NCBI GenBank assembly: GCA_963770835.1
Contig: CAVYRH010000019.1
Span: 224,001-288,000 of the forward strand
Reading direction: 5' to 3'
Length of the DNA: 64,000 bases
Source: an uncultured Pseudomonadota bacterium
GTDB taxonomy: Bacteria > Oederibacteriota > Muellerivitia > Muellerivitales > Muellerivitaceae
Notes under the pieces: generated by a model
What the model was told of the DNA's origin: nothing
Database searches by the model: none
What the model saw: the letters and a program-made list of their open reading frames with translations, nothing else
Shown: in pieces, positions 10,750 through 18,751 of the stretch
Numbering within the stretch: the stretch's first letter is position 1
Layout: each line of letters starts with the position of its first letter
Translations under genes and position numbers: made by a program

Positions 10750-12107
10750 GGCCGCGTAAAATTTAAGGGTGTAAAAAGAAACGGGCGTAACATGGTGTTT
10801 GTTCACGACACCATATCCTTTTTGTGAAAGGACGTTACGCCCATGAAGAATATACACCTAGCCTTGCAGGCCTTGGCAAGAGAGAAAACTCAAGCCATGG
10901 TCAAGTCGGCGGTAGGAAGTCGACAGATCGGCCAATGGGTCGGGGAGGCTCTCAACCAGCAGCTTTCCGAGGCTTTCAATACCCAGTTGGAAAAGGAACG
11001 AGACGAATTCTTGGGTAGCCAACCCTACGAAAGGCAGGAAAAACCCCGTTACCGTAATGGTTTCAAACAGATTTTCGTGCCTGGATTTCTAGGCCGGTTG
11101 GAATTGAGAAAGCCGGTTTTGAGGAAGGGTAAAGGGTTCGTTTCCGAGACTTTGAAGGCCTTGAGGGACGGTAGCCAAGCCCTGATGGGTTATCTGGGAA
11201 TGAATTTCTGGCTGAAAGGTGCTTCCACCCGCTCAGTAGCGGCAGGGATGAACGAGGCCTTTGGAACGAAATGGTCGGCCAGCCACATCAGTGAGATGAC
11301 CAACGCCTTGGAACCCACGTTGCGGGAATGGGAGAAGCGACCCTTACCCGGAGGGATCCGATACCTGTATCTGGATGCGCTTTACCTGACAATCAGGCGT
11401 CAAGAGGCTGGTGTGAAACAGGCGTTGCTGGTGGCTATCGGGGTGGATGGGAACCTGAAACGACATTTTCTCGGGTACTTAGTGGGAGACAGGGAGAGTG
11501 AGGCTTCTTGGGAAGCCATGCTGGAAGACCTATTGAATCGAGGCTTGGACAGAAAAAGTTTGAGGATGGTGGTGTCCGACGCCCATGGCGGGATCATCGC
11601 GGCGGTGGAAAAACGCTTAGGGATCACCCACCAACTTTGCGTAGTACACAAAATGCGCAACGTCCGTTTCCGGGTGGCTTGGAAGGATCAAAAGGCTTTC
11701 ATGGCGGATTTCAAGGCTGTGTATTGGGCCAAGAACCGGGAAGAAGCCTTAGTAGCTTTGGGAAGTCTCAAAGCCAAGTGGTCCAGGACGTATCCCAAAG
11801 CGGTGGAGATGACGGAGAATAAATTTGAGTCCTACACCCTATTTTTCCGGGAAGACCCAAAATTCTGGATGCTTACTCGTTCCAGCAACATCATCGAAAG
11901 ATTCAATCTAGAACTCAGGAGAAGACTGAGGCCGGCAGGGATGATGCAGAATGAACTGGAATTAACTAAATTGGTCTGGGCAGTGGCCGAAGCCCAACAA
12001 GAAAGATGGGATAGGCTTAAAGTCCACACCTCAAGGAAGGAGACAGAAGCTCAAGCCGCTTGATTAAGACGCCCGTGAAAATTTACACCCAAAATCTTGA
12101 CGCGGGC
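10750..12107 (+). mobile_element. IS256-family insertion sequence, 1358 bp
   Basis: 39-bp imperfect terminal inverted repeats (10750-10788 / 12069-12107, 28/39 match) and 8-bp target duplication AAGTAGCC (10742-10749, 12108-12115). Confidence 0.95.
10843..12063 (+). CDS. IS256-family (Mutator-type) DDE transposase
   Basis: YRNG, LYLDALY, VVSDAHGG, QLCVVHKMRN, SNIIERFN.E motifs; intact 406 aa. Confidence 0.95.
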   Translation: MKNIHLALQALAREKTQAMVKSAVGSRQIGQWVGEALNQQLSEAFNTQLEKERDEFLGSQPYERQEKPRYRNGFKQIFVPGFLGRLELRKPVLRKGKGFVSETLKALRDGSQALMGYLGMNFWLKGASTRSVAAGMNEAFGTKWSASHISEMTNALEPTLREWEKRPLPGGIRYLYLDALYLTIRRQEAGVKQALLVAIGVDGNLKRHFLGYLVGDRESEASWEAMLEDLLNRGLDRKSLRMVVSDAHGGIIAAVEKRLGITHQLCVVHKMRNVRFRVAWKDQKAFMADFKAVYWAKNREEALVALGSLKAKWSRTYPKAVEMTENKFESYTLFFREDPKFWMLTRSSNIIERFNLELRRRLRPAGMMQNELELTKLVWAVAEAQQERWDRLKVHTSRKETEAQAA

Positions 12108-14687
12108 AAGTAGCCGGTCCTCCGTCTCCCCCGTTTCCGGCAGTACCATTTCCAGCGACAGTGCTAATCGTCCCTCCTGGTGTAACTTTGCGGACGCGGT
12201 TATTTTTGGAGTCAGCAATATAAACATTGCCCGCGCTATCAACAGCCATATCACTAGGACCGCTTAACCTGGCTAACGTAGCCGGTCCTCCATCTCCTCC
12301 ATATCCACTGGTCGTACCACATATGCCCGCGTACGTATTGATTATTCCGCCAGGCATCACTTTGCGGATACAATTATTGGAATAATCCGCAATATATAAA
12401 TTACCTAAACTATCAAGAGCAACATCGGCAGGAGCATTTAAACCAGCCGCTGTGGCTGGCCCTCCATCACCGAGAAATCCGGCAACACCTGTTCCCGCAT
12501 AAGTGCTGATTATTCCTCCGGACGTTACTTTGCGAATAACATTGTTTTTAGAATCCGCAATGTAAAGGTTACTTGATCCATCAAGGGCAACACCTTCGGG
12601 CTGGGCTATTTGGGCCAATGTAGCCGGGCCTCCGTCTCCACTGTATCCAGGCGTACCTGTCCCAACAACGGTATTGATCATTCCACCAGGGCTCACCATG
12701 CGGATTCGGTTGTAATTTGTATCCGCAATATAAACATTGCCCATATTGTCTATAACAGCATTACTAGGAAGGTTTAATACCGCTGAGGTAGCCGCCCCCC
12801 CATCTCCTGGATAGCTGGTTCCTCCCCCTGCAAAAGTACTAATAACACTACAAGGTAATGGTGTAAGCGTCGGCGGAATAGGCGTAAAAGTGTTAGTTAT
12901 AGTTGCGGTCGACAAAGTTCCTGTTGGAGTTGTTGTAGGAGTCGCTGTCGTCGAGGAGGTTGGGGTGCTGGTAAGAGGACACGCTGCTCCAATCTTGCGA
13001 ATACGTTGATTATGCGTATCCGCGATAAACATATTGCCCGAACTGTCAATAGCCACGCCAGAGGGATAGTTTAAACTGGCCTGGGTAGCTGGACCGCCAT
13101 CCACGTATCCAGACATCCAGTCGCCAGCATAAGTATTAATAATTCCGAACGAGTTCACTATACGGATACGGCTATTATTAGTATCGGCGATGTAGAGGTT
13201 GCCTAAACCGTCAAGAACGACATCGTTCGGATAAGTTAAATTAGCTAAAGTGGCTGGCCCTCCGTCCCCTCCGTATCCCCCTCGATTTGATTGGCCAGCG
13301 TAAGTGTTGATTGTTCCCGCTGGATCTACTACACGGATACATTGATCTGAAGTGTCTGCGATAAAAACATCGCCAAACCTATCTACTGCTACACCGCCGG
13401 GATAATTTAATCCAGCCAATGTGGCCGGTCCTGCGTCTCCTCCGTATCCGGCAGAACCACTTCCAGCGATTGTGCTAATAATTCCGCCTGGGATCACTTT
13501 ACGGATGCGCTGATTCGAAGTATCCGCAATATAGAGATTGCCCGATCCGTCTAAGACTATACCCTGCGGCTGATTCAATTTTGCTAAAGTAGCCGGACCC
13601 CCATCCCCACTGAATCCATTCCCACCATTGCCTGCGACAGTACTGATTATTCCACTCGTATTAACCATGCGGATTCGATTGTAACCCGTGTCCGCAATAT
13701 AAATATTACCTAAACCATCCGCTACTACACCGAAAGGACGATTTAATTGGGCCAAGGTGGCCGGCCCACCGTCTCCAAGTCCTTGGAAATTACCCCCTGC
13801 GTAAGTGAAAATTATTCCGGCCGGTGTAACCTCACGGATACTGGAGTTATTTATATCTGCGATATAAACATTGCCCGAACCATCTACAGCTACACCCCCA
13901 GGATCGTCAAAACTAGCCGAAACAGCAGGTCCTCCGTCTCCACTAAACCCTTCCGTTCCATTCCCCGCATAGGTGCCAATGACCCCGCAAGGCAAAGGTG
14001 TGCACGTCGGCGAAACCACCGTAGCCGTCGGTGTATTGGTTATGGTAGGTGTATCGGTGATCGTCGGTGAATAAGTCGCTGTTGGCGTGTCGGTGATGGT
14101 TGGCGTTTCGGTAAATGTGGAGGAAGGGGTTAAAGTCGGTGTATCCGTGGCGGTCGGCAAGGTTCCGGTGGATGTAGGGGTATCAGTTGGAATATCTGTT
14201 GCCGTCAGTGAAGGGGTGCTGGTGGCCGTGTTGGAACAAGTATTCGTTGGAGTATCGGTAGAAGTATTGGTCGGGGTGAGAGTCGCGGTATCAGTGGGAG
14301 TGTCGGTCGGTGTGTCCGTTTGGGCAAAAACCGGGGATAAACCGCAAACTGCCGCAACGCAAAAGAAGAAAACAATAGCAAGGAATGACAGTTTTGAATT
14401 TCTTGTGTTATTCAAATATCCATTCACTTGGCACATTTCACATCTCACATAAGACGTTAAGACTTAAGTTTCTTTTTAAAACTTTCGAATTCCCGACAAC
14501 TTTTAAAAGATTTCGAGTTTTGAATGGATCAAAGACAGCGATCCTGGCTTGGATAAAGGGTTGATAATGCATTCTATCGCCTGACTTAACCCAGCCCAAT
14601 ATAAAGATGTGTTAATTAAAAAAGCCCCTGATTTCGCCACATTTCACCTCTCCACCTACCCCTTCTAGAAACTTTAGCTTTTGAAAT

Positions 14688-14723
14688 AAAAAAAGCCAGA
14701 GTCAATTCGACACCGGCTTTTTT
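14688..14723. terminator. Probable intrinsic terminator after ptsI
   Basis: A7-gcc...ggc-T6 imperfect hairpin. Confidence 0.6.
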
Positions 14724-14743
14724 CATCTGGAATCAGTTTTAAT

Positions 14744-16492
14744 TTAAAACAAAATCGCCTTCAGCTCCGAAGGGACATTGTCGCGGATGAGCTTTAAGAC
14801 TTCCTCGGAGGTCTTCATTTGGAGGGCGGCCTGGGCGATTTCCTTCGACTTGGCGAAGGGCATCATGCGGATGACCTTCTTGACCTCGGGGATGACCGAT
14901 ACGCTCACTGAAAATTCGTCCAGTTCCATCCCCAAGAGAAGGGGGATGAACTGGGGGTCCCCAGCCATTTCCCCGCACATGCCCACCCACTTGCCGGCCT
15001 TGTGGCAGGCGTCCACCGTCATTTGAATGAGCCTCAGGATCGCGGGATGGAGGGGGTCGTAAAGATAGGCCACCGCTTCGTTCACCCGGTCCACCGCCAG
15101 TGTGTACTGGATGAGGTCGTTGGTGCCGATGGAAAGGAAGTCCAGTTCCTGGATCAGGAGGTCCGCTATCACTGCGGCCGAGGGAATTTCGATCATGGCC
15201 CCCACCTCGATGCCCGATCGGAAAACCTGGCCCTCTTTTTTCAGCTGCTGGACGCACTGATTCAGGAGCACCTTGGCTTCCCGGACCTCGGCCAGGGTGG
15301 AGATCATCGGGAACATAATCTTGATGGGCCCGTGGACCGCCGCCCGCAGGATGGCCCGGAGCTGGGCCTTGAAAATATCGGGGCGTTTGAGGCAGAGCCG
15401 GATGGCCCGCAGGCCCAGGAAGGGATTGCTTTCATTGAGGGGGTTTAGGTGGGACAGGAACTTGTCGCCCCCCAGGTCCAGGGTCCGGATAATAGCGGGG
15501 CTGACGCCGGTCTTGGTGGCCAGTTCTTTGTAAGCGGTGAACTGCTCCTCCTCGGTGGGAATTTCCTCCCGGTTGAGGAAAAGGAACTCGGTTCGGAAAA
15601 GGCCGATACCCTCCGCGCCGTGGCGGAAAATCTCGTCCAATTCCTGGGGCATCTCGATGTTGGCGGCCAGGGTCACCTGGTGCCCGTCGGGCGTGGAGGC
15701 TGGAAGATTCCGCAACTCCTCCAGGCTCTTCTGGAAGGCCTCGTAGCTTTCCTTGAGGCGCTGATACTGTTTGAGGGTTTGAGGCAGGGGGTTGACCACC
15801 ACCAGCCCCTTGTTGCCGTCCAAGACGATCATGTCCCCGTCCTGCACCTCGGAGGTGAGGGATTGCATGCCCACCACCGCCGGGAGCCCCAGGGACCGCG
15901 CCACGATAGCCACGTGGGAGGTCCTTCCCCCCACGTCGGTGCAAAAGCCCTTGATGGTGTCGGTGGGCATGCTGACGGTGTCCGAGGGCGCCAGGTCAAC
16001 GGCGATTACCACGACTTCCCGGTCGAGCTTCTTGAGCACGTCCTTCTCGACGCCGGTCAGGTTTTTGATGAGCCGGTTGCCCACATCCTGGATGTCCCCG
16101 CCCCTCTCCCGGAAATAGCTGTCGTCCAAGGTGGCCATGACGGCCTTGAACTTTTCCAAAGCTTCCTGCAAAAGGAATTCGGCGTTGAGACGGCGGGTTT
16201 GGATGGCCCCGGGGATTTCCTCCATAAAGAGGGGGTCGTCCAGGACCACCTGGTGGGCCTGGAAGATGGCCGCATGTTCCTCCCCCAGCTTGTCCTTCAT
16301 CTTGGTTTCGAGTTCGGAAATTTGGACCCGGGTTTTCTTAAGGGCGTCCTGGTAACGGTCCACTTCCCCCTTGATCTCCTCGGCCCTTAATATGCGGCGG
16401 GTCGCGGCCATACCCTGGGGATGGTAAAGAAAGGCCGGTCCGATGGCGATACCGCCGGACGCCGGGATGCCGTTATAGATTTTCTCGCTCAC
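14744..16492 (-). CDS. ptsI: PEP-protein phosphotransferase (PTS enzyme I)
   Basis: GGRTSHVAIVARS, GIGLFRTEFLF, RTLDLGGDK, MIEIP, SIGTNDL, CGEMAGD. Confidence 0.97.
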   Translation of the reverse strand: MSEKIYNGIPASGGIAIGPAFLYHPQGMAATRRILRAEEIKGEVDRYQDALKKTRVQISELETKMKDKLGEEHAAIFQAHQVVLDDPLFMEEIPGAIQTRRLNAEFLLQEALEKFKAVMATLDDSYFRERGGDIQDVGNRLIKNLTGVEKDVLKKLDREVVVIAVDLAPSDTVSMPTDTIKGFCTDVGGRTSHVAIVARSLGLPAVVGMQSLTSEVQDGDMIVLDGNKGLVVVNPLPQTLKQYQRLKESYEAFQKSLEELRNLPASTPDGHQVTLAANIEMPQELDEIFRHGAEGIGLFRTEFLFLNREEIPTEEEQFTAYKELATKTGVSPAIIRTLDLGGDKFLSHLNPLNESNPFLGLRAIRLCLKRPDIFKAQLRAILRAAVHGPIKIMFPMISTLAEVREAKVLLNQCVQQLKKEGQVFRSGIEVGAMIEIPSAAVIADLLIQELDFLSIGTNDLIQYTLAVDRVNEAVAYLYDPLHPAILRLIQMTVDACHKAGKWVGMCGEMAGDPQFIPLLLGMELDEFSVSVSVIPEVKKVIRMMPFAKSKEIAQAALQMKTSEEVLKLIRDNVPSELKAILF

Positions 16493-16502
16493 GCTGAACC
16501 TC

Positions 16503-16559
16503 TTAGCTATTAGCTGTTAGGTGTTAGCTTAAACCTAACACCTAAAGACTAATGGCTGA
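16503..16559. repeat. Heptamer-repeat hairpin between ptsH and ptsI
   Basis: ttagcta-ttagctg-ttaggtg-ttagctt followed by inverted aacctaa-cacctaa-agactaa-tggctga. Confidence 0.8.
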
Positions 16560-16561
16560 TT

Positions 16562-16834
16562 TTATTCCTTTTCGCCGAACTTATTGGCCAACAACTGCCG
16601 GAGGGCAGCCATGGCCTCTTTGGCGTCGTCGCCCTCGATGGCAAATTCCAATTCCGTCCCCTTGGCGGCGGCCAGGGTCATCAGCCCCATCAGGCTCTTG
16701 GAATTCACGTTTTGTACACCATGGTGAATGAAGATCTGGCTTTTGAACTTGTTAGCGGTCTTGACCAATTCGGCGGCCGCCCTCAAATGAAGCCCCAACT
16801 TGTTGATGATCGGCAATTTTTCGGTCAATTTCAT
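16562..16834 (-). CDS. ptsH: Phosphocarrier HPr
   Basis: GLHLRAA (His15) and NSKSLMGLM (Ser46) motifs. Confidence 0.96.
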   Translation of the reverse strand: MKLTEKLPIINKLGLHLRAAAELVKTANKFKSQIFIHHGVQNVNSKSLMGLMTLAAAKGTELEFAIEGDDAKEAMAALRQLLANKFGEKE

Positions 16835-16859
16835 ACGTCTCCCCCTGAATGTGTCTTTT

Positions 16860-17009
16860 TCCCCGGTTTCATTACTGACCTCCTGATGTGAGAACTGGGG
16901 GCGCCCTTTTCTCTATTGAACACAGGACGGGCCTCACGGCCCGTCCTAAAGGAAAAAGGGCATGTCCCCAGTCTCATTATTGGCCTCCTGATGTAAGAAC
17001 TGGGGGCGC
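16860..17009. repeat. 45-bp direct repeat (16860-16904 / 16965-17009) flanking a 60-bp hairpin insert
   Basis: 40/45 identity; insert contains perfect 10-bp stem AGGACGGGCC-TCAC-GGCCCGTCCT. Confidence 0.85.
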
Positions 17010-17831
17010 ACTCAATGTCGGCCAAAAGGCCAGCATGAGGGCGAACAAAAGCACCGCGTAAAACATCTGGCTCGGGCTGATCTTGCGGTGCAAGGCGAAA
17101 GTGAAAAGCCCCACGATAGCGGTGAAAAAAGTCAGCTTTAGGACGAAAAGGCCCACTTCCTTTTCCAGGATGGACAGGTTCACGAAAACGATCAGCACTC
17201 CCAAAAGCAGGATTGAGGCCAGCCGCAGGCCCCGGATGGCCTGCTGGAAGCCGTACTTGCGCAGGGCTAGCACCACCTGGTCGCTCTGGCGGTAGCCCTG
17301 GAGGAAACCCATCAGGCGGATGCCAACATGAGCGATGTTGTAGACTACCAGGAAAAACAGCGGGATCACCCAGTATTGGCCCGTGATCTGGAAGGCGTGG
17401 GAAAGGACCAAGGTCACGGCGATGAGGCCGCAGTAAGGCCGGATGGTGGCCCAAAAAAGATTGTCCCCCATGGCGGCGATGGGGCCCATCATTCCCACCT
17501 TCAAGGCGCTGATCTCCTCTTCCTTCTGCTTTTGCCGGGATTTGGGCTGTTGTTGTTTTTCCTCTTCCATGCGGATCACCGCGCCCAGGATGAAGGAAGC
17601 CATGTAGGGGTGGCTGTTGAAATATTCCATGTGCCGGGTCATGGCCTGGGCCCTTTCCTCTTGGTTGGGATAGATTTTTTTCAGCACCGGCATCAGCACG
17701 AAGGTGACGCCATAGCTCAGGTAGCGCTCGAAATTCCACAACACCTGGAGGAAAAAAATCCTCCAGAAGCACTGGGCCAGGTCCAGCCAGGTGACTCGTT
17801 TTTCCACCGCTACGGTTTTTTCGGCGGTCAT
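16977..17831 (-). CDS. Mannose/fructose/sorbose-family PTS IID component
   Basis: WNFER, RHMEYFNSHPY, LKVGMMGPIAAMGDNLFW; ATG overlaps the IIC stop (ATGA). Confidence 0.92.
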   Translation of the reverse strand: MTAEKTVAVEKRVTWLDLAQCFWRIFFLQVLWNFERYLSYGVTFVLMPVLKKIYPNQEERAQAMTRHMEYFNSHPYMASFILGAVIRMEEEKQQQPKSRQKQKEEEISALKVGMMGPIAAMGDNLFWATIRPYCGLIAVTLVLSHAFQITGQYWVIPLFFLVVYNIAHVGIRLMGFLQGYRQSDQVVLALRKYGFQQAIRGLRLASILLLGVLIVFVNLSILEKEVGLFVLKLTFFTAIVGLFTFALHRKISPSQMFYAVLLFALMLAFWPTLSAPPVLTSGGQ

Positions 17832-18610
17832 CCGGCGGCCTCCCCCTTGCCTACGAAGAAAAGGGCCAGCACGAACCCGCCGATGAGGGCGATGGCCACT
17901 AAGTGCACCCCCTGCAGGGGGGTGAAAACAGCGAGGCCCATCATGGCCACGATCGTCAGGACCAGGTAAATGACCGTCTTTTTCTCCACCAAAAGGTCGA
18001 TGACCGCCGAGCATCCCAGGGCCAGGAGAAGCCAATGGGCGTAATAGAAGCCCTCGATGACCTTGCCGTCCAAGATGCCGCCCAGGAGGTAGAACAATCC
18101 CACGCTCAGGTGGGCGAGGGTCAGGCAAGCCGCGGCCGCTAGGAAGCCTTTCAACCATTGCTCCCCGAGGACGAGGTAATTCAGCCACTCGAAGGTCTTG
18201 ATGTGGCCGCTGAAGGCCATCCGCTGGGCGAAATGGAGCCACCGGATATGGAACTTGCGCAGGGCGATCTCGATTTCGGTGCTCAAGGCCGCCAGGGGAA
18301 TGGCCACCCCGAGGGCATAGGTCATGGCCGCCTCCGGGTTGGAGTTTTTGACCAGTTCACAGGAAAGGGCCACCGCAGTGCCGGAGAGCATCATGAGGTC
18401 CAGGGGCAGGTGGGCTCCCACCGGAACGTCCCCGATCCAAATCAGCTCGATCAAGGCCCCCATTTCAAGGCCGATATCGGCCCGCCCGATCAGCCACCCC
18501 ACCAGGGGGCCCACCACGATGGGCCGTGAAACCATGAATTGCCCAACGGCCGTCTCATCCAGGCTTAAAAAAGCCATCAAAAGGGCGATGGGGAACCAAT
18601 GAGGCATCAT
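17828..18610 (-). CDS. Mannose-family PTS IIC component
   Basis: QFMVSRPIVVGPLVG, G.EMGALIELIWIG..PVGA. Confidence 0.9.
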   Translation of the reverse strand: MMPHWFPIALLMAFLSLDETAVGQFMVSRPIVVGPLVGWLIGRADIGLEMGALIELIWIGDVPVGAHLPLDLMMLSGTAVALSCELVKNSNPEAAMTYALGVAIPLAALSTEIEIALRKFHIRWLHFAQRMAFSGHIKTFEWLNYLVLGEQWLKGFLAAAACLTLAHLSVGLFYLLGGILDGKVIEGFYYAHWLLLALGCSAVIDLLVEKKTVIYLVLTIVAMMGLAVFTPLQGVHLVAIALIGGFVLALFFVGKGEAAG

Positions 18611-18676
18611 CTTTTACTGTCTCCTTCACTAAAGCGTCTTATTTTTCTTTATCCGTAAAAACGCCCTGTGTTCAAC

Positions 18677-18751
18677 AATTTTAAATTTTGAGTTTTGAAT
18701 TCTTAATTAAATTCAAAACCTTCCGCAATTTAAAATTCAAAATTAAGAATT
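18677..18751. repeat. AT-rich heptamer-repeat hairpin between GH57 and IIC
   Basis: attttaa-attttga-gttttga-attctta ... aatttaa-aattcaa-aattaag. Confidence 0.75.

Larger units (their letters stand above)
8709..14448 (-). pseudogene. Large NHL-repeat/Kelch-like Thr-rich surface protein split by IS256 (N-part 12108-14448, C-part 8709-10741)
   Basis: Removing the IS and one target copy restores ...[12 protein letters not shown]... in frame (4374 nt, 1457 aa); NHL repeats (GDGGPAT, YIADT.N.RIR), Kelch-like WSSPDG.NW repeats, C-terminal YPNP...LANGLYYVVV. Confidence 0.9.

Noticed and set aside
16860..17009. Possible diversity-generating retroelement TR/VR pair
   Set aside because: Too short, mismatches are not adenine-specific, and no reverse transcriptase is in the window
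16831..17772. 313-aa alternative-frame ORF over IID, and the N-terminal extensions of IID (to 18242), yvcK (to 23595) and DUF2723 (to 7203)
   Set aside because: They overlap well-supported genes; better starts with stop/start overlaps or conserved N-termini exist
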